Below, one piece after another: positions 40,272 through 50,433 of a stretch of 64,000 nucleotides of DNA (position 1 is its first letter; each line of letters starts with the position of its first letter). Source of the stretch: an uncultured Chloroflexia bacterium (GTDB taxonomy: Bacteria > Chloroflexota > Limnocylindria > Limnocylindrales > CSP1-4). The stretch spans positions 64,001-128,000 of the forward strand of contig CAWHXD010000006.1 in NCBI GenBank assembly GCA_963833225.1. Reading direction: 5' to 3'. Both the position numbers and the translations under genes were made by a program. A model generated the notes under the pieces. It saw nothing but the letters and a program-made list of their open reading frames with translations, had not been told where the DNA came from and searched no databases.

Positions 40272-42620
40272 CCCCGATCCTCGACTCGTTCGACGCGGCC
40301 GCGCGCCGGGTGATGCTGCCCGCCACCGTCATCGGGCTCATCGCGGGCATTGCCGCGACCCTTGCCGGCAGCGATGGCGTGGCCTGGTGGTGCTGGACCG
40401 TCCCGGCGGCGATCGTCGGGTTGTGGCTGCTGGTCTCGATCATCCGTGACCTGTTCCGGGGGGAGGCGGGCGTCGACGTCATCGCCGTCCTCGCGATCGC
40501 TGGCGCGCTGCTGTTCGGCGAGTCGCTCGCCGCGGCGGTGATCGCCGTCATGCTCGCGACCGGTGACGCGCTGGAACGCTACGCCGACGGCCGAGCACAC
40601 CGCGAGCTCTCAGCGCTGGTCTCCCGGGCGCCCCGCACGGTGCACCGCCACGAGGACGGCACGATCCGGGACCACCCGATCGCGGACGTCGTGGTTGGCG
40701 ACCGTCTCCTCATCAAGCCCGGCGAGGTCGTGCCGGTGGATGGCACGGTCGCCGGGGTCTCGGCGACGATGGACGAGTCCGCCCTCACCGGGGAGTCCCG
40801 GCTGGCCATCCGCGAGGCCCACGATGCTGTCAACTCCGGCACGGTGAACGCCGGGGCACCGTTCGACCTGGTCGCCACGGCGACCGCCGAACGGAGCACC
40901 TACGCGGGCATCGTCCGGCTGGTCCAGGAGGCCCAGTCGTCCAAGGCGCCGTTCGTCCGGCTGGCCGACCGGTACGCGCTCCTGTTCGTGCCGCTCACCC
41001 TCGCTGATCGCCGGCTTCGCCTGGGCCGGTGTCTGGCGATCCGGTTCGCGCCCTGGCCGTGCATCGTGGTGGCGACGCCGTGCCCGCTGCTGCTGGCGGC
41101 ACCGATCGCGATCGTCGCCGGGATCAGCCGGTCGGCGCGGCGCGGCATCATCGTCAAGGGCGGTGGCGCGCTGGAGGCGATCGCCCGGGCGCGCGTCCTG
41201 CTGTTCGACAAGACCGGGACGCTGACCGCGGGCAGGCCCCACCTGGCCGACGTGGCGGTGGCGCCGGGTCGGACGCCCGAGGAGGTTCTCCGGTTTGCCG
41301 CCTCGCTCGAGCAGGTCTCGCCACATGTGCTCGCCGCCTCGATCGTCGCCGGCGCCCGGGCGCGCGAGGTGACCCTCGTCCTGCCCGAGACGGCCGAGGA
41401 GATCCCAGGCGCGGGGATCACCGGGCGCGTTGGCGGCTCGGCGGTGCTCGTCGGGACGGTGGGAGTTCGCGACCGGCGGGTCCGCGCTTCCCGCCTGGGC
41501 ACGCGACGTGCGCCGCCGGGTGACGCTCGAGGGTGCGACGGGCGTCTATGTGAGCGTTGACGGCGCCCTCGTCGGCGCCCTCGTTCTCGATGACCCGATC
41601 CGGCCGGAGACCCCGCGCGTGATCCGCTCGCTGCGTCGAGCGGGCGTGGCGCGGATCGTGATGGTCACCGGCGACCACTACGGTGTCGCGGACATGGTGG
41701 CGGCCGCGATCGGCGTCGACGCGGTGCTCGCGGAGCGCACGCCAGTGGACAAGGTCGACGCGGTGGCCGAGGAGAAGGCGCAGGCGGACGGCATCCTGGT
41801 GATGATCGGCGACGGGATCAACGATGCCCCGGCGCTCGCGGCAGCCGACGTCGGGGTGGCGATGGGTGCCCGGGGCGCCACGGCGAGCTCGGAGGCCGCG
41901 GATCTCGTGATCACCGTGGACCGCCTCGACCGACTTCCAGAGGCGATCCGGATCGCTCGCCGGGCGCGCACCATCGCGCTCCAGAGCGTGATCGCCGGAA
42001 TGGCGATGTCGATCGTGGCCATGCTGGTCGCGACCACCGGGGTCCTGCCGCCCGTCTGGGGAGCCCTGCTCCAGGAGGCCATCGACGTCATCGTCATCGT
42101 CAACGCCCTCCGCGCGTTGACGGGGGGCATGGAGAAGACGCCGCGGGTGGCGGGCTGGGCCAACCTCTCCGAGCGACTGCGGGCCGAGCACCGCGACCTG
42201 GCGCCCCCGCTGGCGCGGATCCGGCCGCTCGCGGACGGGCTGGGCACGATGCGCCCGGCCGATGCCCTGCGCGACCTGCGCCGGACCCGGGACTTCCTGG
42301 TGGAAACCCTGATGCCCCACGAGGAAGCCGAGGACCGCGAGGTGTTCCCGCTGCTGGCCCGGGCGGTCGGGAACGACGACGTGACGGCGGCCCTCCACCG
42401 GACGCACACCGAGATCTTCCACCTGGTCCGCTTCACGGAACGACTGGTGGCGGAGATGCCCGAGGAAGGCCCCGGACCGGAGGACCTGACCGACCTGCGG
42501 CGCGTGCTCTACGGGCTCGACGCGATCCTGCGCCTCCACATGGCCCAGGAGGAGGAGCTGTACCTGGCGCTCGGCGACGAGCATCCTGAAGCCGCCGAGC
42601 CGGTCCTCCAGCGGGCCTGA
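40268..42620 (+). CDS. P1B-5-type heavy-metal ATPase with C-terminal hemerythrin domain (frameshifted in this sequence)
   Basis: LTGES, TPCPL, DKTGT, VTGD, GDGINDAP, QEAID; hemerythrin HxxxE motifs (HEEAE, HMAQEE); split between track ORFs 39950-41560 and 41430-42620. Confidence 0.85.
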
Positions 42621-42704
42621 GCGGCCACCCTGGACGCGCGGGGCGAAGCCGCCGCCTGCGACGCGGTGGCGTCCTGCGACGCGGTGGCGTCCCCGCGGGA
42701 GGGC

Positions 42705-43211
42705 TCAGGCGGGGCAGCTGCCGCCGTTCGCCCGCAACCGGAGTCGCCACGCGACGGTCACGGCCAGCAGCGCCAGCGATGCCGCGCCGATGTACGGCTG
42801 GATGGGCGCGTAGACGGTCATCGCGCCGCTCGCTCCGAGCAGCAGCAGAGCGATCTTGTTGCACACCGGGCAGCCGATGGCCAAAAAGGCGCCGAAGCCG
42901 GCGATGGATCCTAGGGCCGTCGTCCGCCGTTCAGCGCTGGCCGCCGCCGGTGCCATCGCGATGATCTCGATCGGTGACGTCGACGGCGGCGCTGGTGCCG
43001 TGTAGGTGGCCATCACGAGGCCCATCAGCGGAGCCGACAGCAGCCATGTCCAGATCGCAACGGTCGTGGGAGCCACGGACCGACCGAAGACCGGGTTGGG
43101 GATGATCGCGGTCGCGATCCCGAACACGAACCCCGACGCGATCGCCCACAGGACGGTATGGGCCAGCAGGCGTCGGTCCCGAAGGGCGAGGAGCGGGCAG
43201 GAGGCAGGCAT
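42705..43211 (-). CDS. Hypothetical membrane protein with CxxC motif
   Basis: IIPNPVFGR, FLAIGCPVCNK; about 4 TMs; downstream of an ArsR gene. Confidence 0.7.
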   Translation of the reverse strand: MPASCPLLALRDRRLLAHTVLWAIASGFVFGIATAIIPNPVFGRSVAPTTVAIWTWLLSAPLMGLVMATYTAPAPPSTSPIEIIAMAPAAASAERRTTALGSIAGFGAFLAIGCPVCNKIALLLLGASGAMTVYAPIQPYIGAASLALLAVTVAWRLRLRANGGSCPA

Positions 43212-43226
43212 AATTCGATCGGCGGC

Positions 43227-43589
43227 TCAGCTCGGGGACGGCCCTGAGACGGCCACCCTCGGGGAATCGGGCGGCCCGGCCCGCCTGCCACCGCGGCGCT
43301 CCACGATCCCGCTGACGATGTCGCAGGCGGCGATGATCGCCGGCTCAGCAAGCCGGTATCGAACGGTCGTGCCGTCCCGCATCCCCTCGACGAGACCCGC
43401 GGAACGCATCACGGCGAGGTGCTGGCTGGTGTTCGCGAGGGTGCTCCGGATGGTCCCGGCAAGCTCCCCCACCGACCGCTCCCCCGACCGCAGGGCGTTG
43501 AGCAGGGCCAGGCGCTTGGGGTCCGTGAGGACCTTGCACAGCTCCGCATGGAGCCGGTAGCGGTCCAGGTCATCGTCGAGCGTGGGCAT
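43227..43589 (-). CDS. ArsR-family regulator with a BigR/SqrR-like Cys pair
   Basis: AELCKVLTDPKRL, SQHLAVMR, IIAACD; promoter TTGCGC-17-TACCGT 6 nt before the ATG. Confidence 0.85.
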   Translation of the reverse strand: MPTLDDDLDRYRLHAELCKVLTDPKRLALLNALRSGERSVGELAGTIRSTLANTSQHLAVMRSAGLVEGMRDGTTVRYRLAEPAIIAACDIVSGIVERRGGRRAGPPDSPRVAVSGPSPS

Positions 43590-43652
43590 GGCGTCACGGT
43601 ACAACTGGTTGCGTGGTTGCGCAAGTATGCGGACCGGGTGTGCAATCACGCG

Positions 43653-44645
43653 ATGAGCGACGATCCGCGTACCGAACTGCCGGTACCCAACCGGCGACCC
43701 CCGCGCCGGACCAACGCGGATGGCGCGCGGCCCCGCCCGGTCGTGGAGCCGTCGCTGGTCTTTGAGCCTCCGCCACCCCCACGTCGGTACGGCGACCCCG
43801 CGATGCGCCAGGACCTTGGGCTCGTGCTGTTCGTGATCGTCGCGATCGCGTTCGGCATCGTGGCCTGGAATCTCACCGGCGACCTGACCAGGGATGCGCT
43901 TACCCCGGGGCCGTCGGCGTCACCGGCTGCCCCGGGATCCGCTTCATCGAGCCCAGATGCATCCGGGTCACCGTCGCCGTCGTCAGCGCCTCCGGCATCG
44001 GCCTCACCCACGCCGACGCCCCGTCCGCAGCGCGCACCGGTCAACGTCCGGATCGAGCCACGACCGGCCGCCGCCTTCGCCTCGGAGGTCAAGAACACGT
44101 GGTGTGCCGCCGCGGCGGTCCAGATCGCCCTCAATGTCAACGGCGCTGACAGCCGGATCGACACCACGCGAGCGCGCCAGGCCCGGATCCGGAAGCTCGA
44201 GGTGAAGCTGACGACCCGTGACGACAGCCGGAATGGCGGAACGGGACCCCTCGGCATGGTCGCGACGCTGGAGCGCCTGGGGAAGGTGAGCTACGACCTG
44301 CGCATCTACCCGAGCCGAGCCGCCGCCCTGCGGGCCGCGGCGAAGTCGATCTCGAAGACAGGCCACGCGGCGATCCTGCTCGCGTGGCGCGGCGCGCATG
44401 CCTGGGTGATGACCGGCTATCGCGCGGACGCGGATCCAACCGTGTTCAGCAATGCGAAGGTGACCGGCGCCTACATCATCGACCCGTGGTACCCGCGGGT
44501 GTCCGCGATCTGGGGGCCGTCGGACAAGCCCGGCGTGTTCCAGAACGCCGCCGAGATGCGCCGCAACTACCTGCCCTGGAAGCGGCCCGAGGGCAAGTAC
44601 CCCGGGCGGGACGGCAAGTTCCTGGTCCTCATCCCCACCAGCTAG
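43653..44645 (+). CDS. Membrane-anchored protein with a papain/C39-like domain
   Basis: TM, Pro/Ser linker, then WCAAAAVQ, GAHAWVMTG and YIIDPW (Cys-His-Asp order). Confidence 0.55.
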   Translation: MSDDPRTELPVPNRRPPRRTNADGARPRPVVEPSLVFEPPPPPRRYGDPAMRQDLGLVLFVIVAIAFGIVAWNLTGDLTRDALTPGPSASPAAPGSASSSPDASGSPSPSSAPPASASPTPTPRPQRAPVNVRIEPRPAAAFASEVKNTWCAAAAVQIALNVNGADSRIDTTRARQARIRKLEVKLTTRDDSRNGGTGPLGMVATLERLGKVSYDLRIYPSRAAALRAAAKSISKTGHAAILLAWRGAHAWVMTGYRADADPTVFSNAKVTGAYIIDPWYPRVSAIWGPSDKPGVFQNAAEMRRNYLPWKRPEGKYPGRDGKFLVLIPTS

Positions 44646-44647
44646 AG

Positions 44648-45238
44648 TCAGGGCGCCGCCAGCTCCACGTCGCCCGAGGCGAGGAGGGCGTTGTCCGACG
44701 CGTCCCGGATCGCCAGCGTCCAGGTCCCGGGCGCCAGCGCGCACTCGGGCGCGGTGGGCTCGGACGAGGTCACCCGGAACGAGCCGTCGGCGGTCGCGAA
44801 CCGCTCCAGGACCAGGCGTGCGACCTCCGTTGACACCCGCAGCTCGCCGACCGGTCCCCCTGTCCGCCACTCGATCCGGAGGTCGGTGGCACGGGCGGGG
44901 ATCGTCGCCGTCCACGTGCGCTCGGTGCCGTCGCACCGCCAGATCGCGGGTTCAAACCGGATGACCCCGGGTCCGCCGTTTCCGCCCAGGACCACCGCGA
45001 TGACCACGGCGGCCACGATGACGCCGTTGAGGATGAGCGCTCGCGCCACCGGGAAGCCGTCGCGTGCCGGCTCACGGGCAACCTCGTCGGCCGTCGGCGC
45101 CGCCCTTCGCGCGCCGCAACGACCGCAGAAGTCGTCACCGGCAGCCCGCTCAGAATCGCAGCGCGGACAGATCCATGGACCCGCGACGGGAGGGTCGCGA
45201 TCCGCTTCGGGCTCGGCTGCAGGATCAGGGGCGGTCAC
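44648..45238 (-). CDS. Zinc-ribbon membrane protein
   Basis: CPRC...FCGRCG followed by a TM; start 45238 or 45256. Confidence 0.65.
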   Translation of the reverse strand: MTAPDPAAEPEADRDPPVAGPWICPRCDSERAAGDDFCGRCGARRAAPTADEVAREPARDGFPVARALILNGVIVAAVVIAVVLGGNGGPGVIRFEPAIWRCDGTERTWTATIPARATDLRIEWRTGGPVGELRVSTEVARLVLERFATADGSFRVTSSEPTAPECALAPGTWTLAIRDASDNALLASGDVELAAP

Positions 45239-45275
45239 GCGTGCATCATCGCGCATGACCGGCGCCGCGCGGCTC

Positions 45276-45605
45276 TCAGGCGTCGTCGTGCAGGACCGGA
45301 AGCGCCCGGGAGGCGGCGGGCAGGCGCAGCAAGCTCAGCTCGCCGGCGATCGTTCTGAAGCGGTCCGCGGCCTCGGGGCGGATCCAGTAGTACACGTTGG
45401 ATGCGCGTCGCTCGGAGCCAACCCAGCCCGTCTCCCGCAGGACCCTGAGGTGGTGGCTCACGGTCGGCTGCTCAACCGCGCAGCAGGCGGTGAAGTCACA
45501 CGCGCACACGCGGCCTCCGCCGGCGAGCTGGCGCAGGATCGCGAGCCGGGTGGGGTCGGCGGCGCCCTGCAGGAGCCGGGCATCCGGATCGAGGATGCGC
45601 TTCAT
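45276..45605 (-). CDS. arsR: ArsR-family As(III)-responsive repressor
   Basis: ADPTRLAIL, VCACDFTACC, QPTVSHHLRVLRE; divergent from arsM. Confidence 0.85.
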   Translation of the reverse strand: MKRILDPDARLLQGAADPTRLAILRQLAGGGRVCACDFTACCAVEQPTVSHHLRVLRETGWVGSERRASNVYYWIRPEAADRFRTIAGELSLLRLPAASRALPVLHDDA

Positions 45606-45612
45606 GCCAGAC

Positions 45613-45650
45613 AGCATATTGACAAACATCGATATCGGCAAGTATCAATA
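45613..45650. promoter_or_regulatory. Divergent arsR/arsM promoters with palindromic operator
   Basis: Minus strand TTGCCG-17-TATGCT; plus strand TTGACA at 45619; TATTGA...TCAATA arms and an ATCGAT core. Confidence 0.7.
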
Positions 45651-45686
45651 CAGCGCTACGCCACCAGCACCCGGGAGATGCCGACC

Positions 45687-46514
45687 ATGATCGCCGAGAC
45701 CGTCCACGAGCAGGTTCGCGCGCGCTACGCCGCCGCCGCCGCCCAGGCTGCCGAGGGTGCGTGTTGTGCCGGCGACAACCAGGAGATCGGGCCGGAGCTG
45801 TACTCCGCCCCCGAGCGGGACGAGCTGCCCCAGGCCGCCGTGCTTGCCTCGCTCGGTTGCGGCAACCCGATCGCGGTCGCCGAGCTCCGCGAGGGCGAGC
45901 GAGTCCTGGACCTCGGTTCCGGCGGCGGCATCGACGTCCTGCTGACCGCCAGGCGCGTCGGTTCCACCGGACGGGCGTTCGGCCTGGACATGACCGACGA
46001 GATGCTCGCGCTCGCGCAGCGCAACGCGTCGGAGGCCGGCGCCACGAACGTGGAGTTCCTGCGCGGCCACATCGAGTCCATCCCGCTGCCTGCCGCATCC
46101 GTGGACGTGGTGATCAGCAACTGCGTCATCAACCTCGCGGCGGACAAGCCGGCCGTGTTCAGGGAGATTGCCCGAGTGCTGCGACCCGGCGGTCGCCTGG
46201 GCGTGACCGACATCGTGGCCGATGACCGCCTCAGCGAAGCCGAGCGTGCCGAGCGTGGCTCCTACACGGGCTGCATCGCCGGTGCCCTTTCCTTCTCGGA
46301 GTTCCGGGCCGGCCTGGAGGCCGTGGGGCTCGAGGATGTCACCATCACCCCCACCCATGACGTGGCGGACGGCATGACCAGCGCGATCGTCAAGGCGACC
46401 AAGCCCGCGAGCCCGGACGGGCAGCCCACGGGCCCTGCCCCCGCTCCCGCGACTGGCCGGGATGATCTCGCGCTCGCCGGCCCCGGGTGCTGCAGCGACC
46501 CGGGGTGCTGCTGA
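45687..46514 (+). CDS. arsM: Arsenite S-adenosylmethionine methyltransferase
   Basis: [34 protein letters not shown], terminal CC pairs; GGAG Shine-Dalgarno. Confidence 0.92.
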   Translation: MIAETVHEQVRARYAAAAAQAAEGACCAGDNQEIGPELYSAPERDELPQAAVLASLGCGNPIAVAELREGERVLDLGSGGGIDVLLTARRVGSTGRAFGLDMTDEMLALAQRNASEAGATNVEFLRGHIESIPLPAASVDVVISNCVINLAADKPAVFREIARVLRPGGRLGVTDIVADDRLSEAERAERGSYTGCIAGALSFSEFRAGLEAVGLEDVTITPTHDVADGMTSAIVKATKPASPDGQPTGPAPAPATGRDDLALAGPGCCSDPGCC

Positions 46515-46550
46515 CGCGAAACGAGCACGTCGTTCGCCTGACTCGCGACC

Positions 46551-48239
46551 TCAGGAACCGGCGATGCGGGCCTGGGCTTGCGCGTTGTCGATCGAGATCT
46601 GGTCCTTCGTTGCCTGGGTCACGCATACATAGTCATCAGCGATGACCTGGCGCCACCAGTAGCCGTCGATGCAGGTCTGTGGTCCATAGGCGCCGTCGTA
46701 CCACCGCTGGGCTGCGGTGATCGTGTCCTGGATCGTGGCGTTGCGGACTGGCTTGCCCACGCAGACATGGTCCTCGGGCGTCGCCTCGCGCCAGACGAAG
46801 CCCTCGATGCAGGTGTCGGTGCGGGGCGCAATCCGGAACGGGCCGCGCTCGTTGTCAAGGACCGTCATGGCTCGCACATCGGCGGTCACGCACACGAGGT
46901 CGCTGGAGAACGCCTCGCGCCACACGTATCCGGCGATGCAGGTCTGTGGTCCGTAGTCGCCGTTGACCCAGCGAGACGTCGCGGCCGCCTCATCGGCGCG
47001 GGCCTGCTTGACGGTCTTTGACGTCACGCAGGTCCTGTCGTCCGCGGTGATCAGCCGCCAGGAGAAACCGTTGACGCAGGCACCCGGGGGTAGCGGCGTC
47101 GGGCTCGGCGTGGGCGTCAGGTCCGGCGTCGGCGACGGAGGCTCGGCCGAGGCTGGTCCATCCGACGGCGGCTCGTCAGACGGAGGCGCGTCGCTCACCG
47201 GCGGCACGGACGGCGAGACCAGCCCGCTGGGCGCGTCCGTCGCGTTGGCGATCAGGCTTGGCGATTCGGACGGCCCGGGCGGCAGCACGCCGAGCGCGAA
47301 ACCCGCGAGCGCAAGGACGGCGATCCCGGCCGCCGCGATTCCGACCGTGGGGAGCCATCCGGGAAAGCGCGCGGTCTGCACAAGCGTCCCGCCCGCCGTG
47401 GCGCCGGGCCGGCCGTCGGCGAGGACATCGACCTTGAATGCCCGCCGCTCCGCCGCGCCCAGCGCGATCGATGTGCGGGGCGTCACGCGGAGGGTGGTCC
47501 GGAGCTGGCCGCCGGCGGGAAGGAGCTGGGGCTCCGGGTCCAGCTCCAGGCGAAGGGCCTCGTCCGGGTCGGTGGCTGCGAGCATGACCTCGGCCGGACG
47601 ATTGCCGCGGTTGTCGACTCGGACCTCGTAGGTGGTGGTTCCGCTTGCCTTCGCCGTTGCCGGCACGATCGTGGCGGCCAGCGCACGGAGCTCGCCGACC
47701 GTGAGAACGCCGCTCTCGGTGGCCTCCTCCTCAGGGTGCTCGTGCGAGCTCGCGCGGACCAGGAACGACACTGGACCGGCCAGCGCCAGGGGCTGAAGCG
47801 GTGGCCGGAGCCGGATCGTGCAGGTGGCGTCGGTACCGGGCATGAGCCGCAGGACCGGTGTCTCGACCTCGGCCCACGAGGCGATCGGCCCCTCGACCGC
47901 GATCCGCAGCTCGTCAACAACCGTTCCCGTGTTGCGCGCCCGGAGCTTGACCGCGGCCATCCCTCCCGGGTCGGCGGCGACCGAGGTCGGTTCGAGCGTG
48001 GTCGCGACGCTGTCGGTTGGCCGCGACACGGGACGTGGAACCGGGGAAGACTCCCCGGGCCGCCGCGCCTGCACCCCGGGCGTGAGGACTGTCGGGGGCG
48101 GTTGGGAGACGGGCAGCTCGCCCTGGGCGGCCATGGGCGCGCCGCAGGTGCCGCAGAACCGGGCATCCGGCTCCAGGACCTGCCCGCCGCAGACGGCGCA
48201 CGTGCGCATGGGACGCCTCCGAGTCGTCGCGGCGCTCAC
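46551..48239 (-). CDS. Zinc-ribbon / Ig-like / TM protein with four C-terminal Cys-repeat modules
   Basis: CAVCG...FCGTCG; beta-rich segments; TM; four copies of CxxG(F/Y)xWR..D.xCV; start 48239 or 48209. Confidence 0.7.
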   Translation of the reverse strand: MSAATTRRRPMRTCAVCGGQVLEPDARFCGTCGAPMAAQGELPVSQPPPTVLTPGVQARRPGESSPVPRPVSRPTDSVATTLEPTSVAADPGGMAAVKLRARNTGTVVDELRIAVEGPIASWAEVETPVLRLMPGTDATCTIRLRPPLQPLALAGPVSFLVRASSHEHPEEEATESGVLTVGELRALAATIVPATAKASGTTTYEVRVDNRGNRPAEVMLAATDPDEALRLELDPEPQLLPAGGQLRTTLRVTPRTSIALGAAERRAFKVDVLADGRPGATAGGTLVQTARFPGWLPTVGIAAAGIAVLALAGFALGVLPPGPSESPSLIANATDAPSGLVSPSVPPVSDAPPSDEPPSDGPASAEPPSPTPDLTPTPSPTPLPPGACVNGFSWRLITADDRTCVTSKTVKQARADEAAATSRWVNGDYGPQTCIAGYVWREAFSSDLVCVTADVRAMTVLDNERGPFRIAPRTDTCIEGFVWREATPEDHVCVGKPVRNATIQDTITAAQRWYDGAYGPQTCIDGYWWRQVIADDYVCVTQATKDQISIDNAQAQARIAGS

Positions 48240-48435
48240 CGGTGGCCGCAGGGTCCCACAGCCTAGCCGATGGTCGGGCGGGAGGCCACCCCAGTCGCCG
48301 CGTCGGCTCGGCGGCGGACGGACGGCCTATCGGTCCGACGGGTGTTCCTGAAGCGCCGGACGCACCGCGGCTCCCTGTCCCGGACGCGGTCCGGGACAGG
48401 GGAGCCGATTTCGATGCGGCCGTGCCGGGGGCGGT

Positions 48436-49131
48436 TCAGGCCGGGCGCGTGCCCTCCACGGAGGGGTCTATCGGCATCGTGCCGGCTGGCGCCGGGAACG
48501 CCGCCGGATCGACGGTCTGGGTGTCGGTGGTGTCCCAGGACGCGGAAGCTGCCGTCGGGTCGGCCTGGCCGGACAGCGGTGCAGCCGGAGCAACGGGCGC
48601 TTGCTCGTCGCGCCGGCGGACCGACGACACCAGGAGCGCCGCCCCCAGGGCGAGGATCACCGCGGGCCCGAGGATGGCGCCGAAGACCCAGCCGGGCAGG
48701 GCGGCATCCGCCAGTGCGATTGCGCCGAACACGATCAGCACGACGCCGATGATCGCGCCGGCCCCGAGCCCCCGGGTGTCGGTGCGCCGGATGGCGGCCG
48801 GCTGGGGGGTCGCGGACCACTCCCGGCTCCATCCCGGGGCCGCCGGCGGAGCGGACCAGCCGGAGGCCGCGCCGGACGGGGCGCCGGGCCATCCGGCCGG
48901 AGCTCCCGGCGCGGCCCAGCCGGCGGGCCCGGACACCGTCGTCCAGGGCGCCGACGGGATCACCAGTGCGAGGATCACGTAGGCCAGCAGGGCCAGCCCG
49001 CCGGACGCGATGCCGACGATGATCCACAGGATCCGGACGACCGTCGGGTCGATGTCGAGGTACTCCGCCATGCCGCCGGCAACGCCGGCGAGCTGGCGAT
49101 CACGACTGCGGTACAGACGACGCGGGTTCAC
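48436..49131 (-). CDS. pspC: PspC-domain protein
   Basis: RRLYRSRDRQLAGVAGGMAEYLDIDPTVVRILW...AYVILALVIP. Confidence 0.9.
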   Translation of the reverse strand: MNPRRLYRSRDRQLAGVAGGMAEYLDIDPTVVRILWIIVGIASGGLALLAYVILALVIPSAPWTTVSGPAGWAAPGAPAGWPGAPSGAASGWSAPPAAPGWSREWSATPQPAAIRRTDTRGLGAGAIIGVVLIVFGAIALADAALPGWVFGAILGPAVILALGAALLVSSVRRRDEQAPVAPAAPLSGQADPTAASASWDTTDTQTVDPAAFPAPAGTMPIDPSVEGTRPA

Positions 49132-50102
49132 TTGCACCCTCCCATGGGATTGATGGTCACGGAGCCAACGCTTGCCTCGATGGCGAGGTTGGCCTTGAAC
49201 GGAGCGGAGTCGTAGCCGGGCGTCACCCAGGCGCCGTCCTGCCGGACGAGCCCGTTGAGGTGGATGGAGCCCAGCGCAGCGGTGGAGCGCACGCGCAGCC
49301 CGAGGTCGCTCGGCGCGCACACCTCGAGCGAGCCGGCGTTCGCCGCGAGATCGCCGTCGAACGAAGCGGCCGGGAGCACGATCCCGGCTGACCCGGCATT
49401 CACCTCCAGGGCGAGGTGATCGAGGGTGGCGCCGGTGAGATCGACATGCGTCTCTCCGGAATTGACACTCAGGTCGAGGACGCCCAGGCGGGCGCCGCCG
49501 AGATCGAGTCGCCCGCGGCCGGCGTTGAGCTCGGTCACGAGGTCGATGGTCGTCGCCGTCGGGAGCGTGACGTTCCAGTCCACCCGGCCGGTGTGCTGGC
49601 GCAGGCGGCCGGAACCGCGGTCCGCCCCGACCGTCAGGCGGCCGTCCTCGGCGTTGACGTTCGTCAGGCGATTGTCGCCGTCACTGGCGGCGAGCCGCCA
49701 CGAGTTCCCGGGCTGCGTGTCCACCGAGAGCTCGCCGCAGGAGAGGCTCAGGTTGACAGCCGCGGCGCTTCCGAACGAGCCATCGTGCGTTTCGGCGGCG
49801 CGGAGTGGCGCGGCGCCGTCCGTGCACGGGACCGACAGGTGCGGCACCGTGACGACAGAGGCGCCGAGTGCCAGGCCCGGCAGCAGGGCCGCGACAATGC
49901 CGCCCGTGAGTGCCGCCGGCGAGCGGCGCAGCACGAGGCCCGCCCCGATCGCGATCACGGCGAGCGGCCACAGCACGCCCACGGTGTCCGCAACCGCGGC
50001 ACGGTCCAGGACGCCGGCAGCGACACCGAGCGTCACCCCTCCGGCGGCGAGCAGGAAGACGCCCGCGTAGAGGCTTCCACGTCTGATGGTCATGACATCC
50101 AT
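49128..50102 (-). CDS. LiaF/LiaG-like (Toastrack) envelope-stress membrane protein
   Basis: N-terminal GVFLL...LWPLAVIAIG TMs followed by beta-solenoid repeats (NAG..LDL); coupled to pspC. Confidence 0.65.
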   Translation of the reverse strand: MDVMTIRRGSLYAGVFLLAAGGVTLGVAAGVLDRAAVADTVGVLWPLAVIAIGAGLVLRRSPAALTGGIVAALLPGLALGASVVTVPHLSVPCTDGAAPLRAAETHDGSFGSAAAVNLSLSCGELSVDTQPGNSWRLAASDGDNRLTNVNAEDGRLTVGADRGSGRLRQHTGRVDWNVTLPTATTIDLVTELNAGRGRLDLGGARLGVLDLSVNSGETHVDLTGATLDHLALEVNAGSAGIVLPAASFDGDLAANAGSLEVCAPSDLGLRVRSTAALGSIHLNGLVRQDGAWVTPGYDSAPFKANLAIEASVGSVTINPMGGCK

Positions 50103-50433
50103 CCCTCCTGGGACAGTCGTGGCGCGGCCCTCGGTCGGGGTCGGCGCTGGGCATCGGGGTTGATGCCATGAATGTGCGCCGGGATCGCCGCCGCTCCCAG
50201 CCGGGCAGCGGGCATCTTGGGGGTGGGGGAATCCCTACCGAGGGCAGGCGAGTCGGGGATTCCGAAGGGTCGCGAGGATCAGCTCGAAGCGCGTGGAAGA
50301 CGCACAGCTCCAAACGCTTCCCGGAAACCAGAACAGGTCTGGCAGGCGCACGAGACCATGGCTCCTCAGCCGGTCATGAGTGCGGGATGCCGGAAATCGC
50401 GCGCAGGACCACCCGGCTGCGCGGCCGGAGTGG

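Noticed and set aside
42700-50433. Possible genomic island integrated at the tmRNA 3' end
   Set aside because: No integrase, no duplicated ssrA 3' end found by eye, and no obvious compositional shift.
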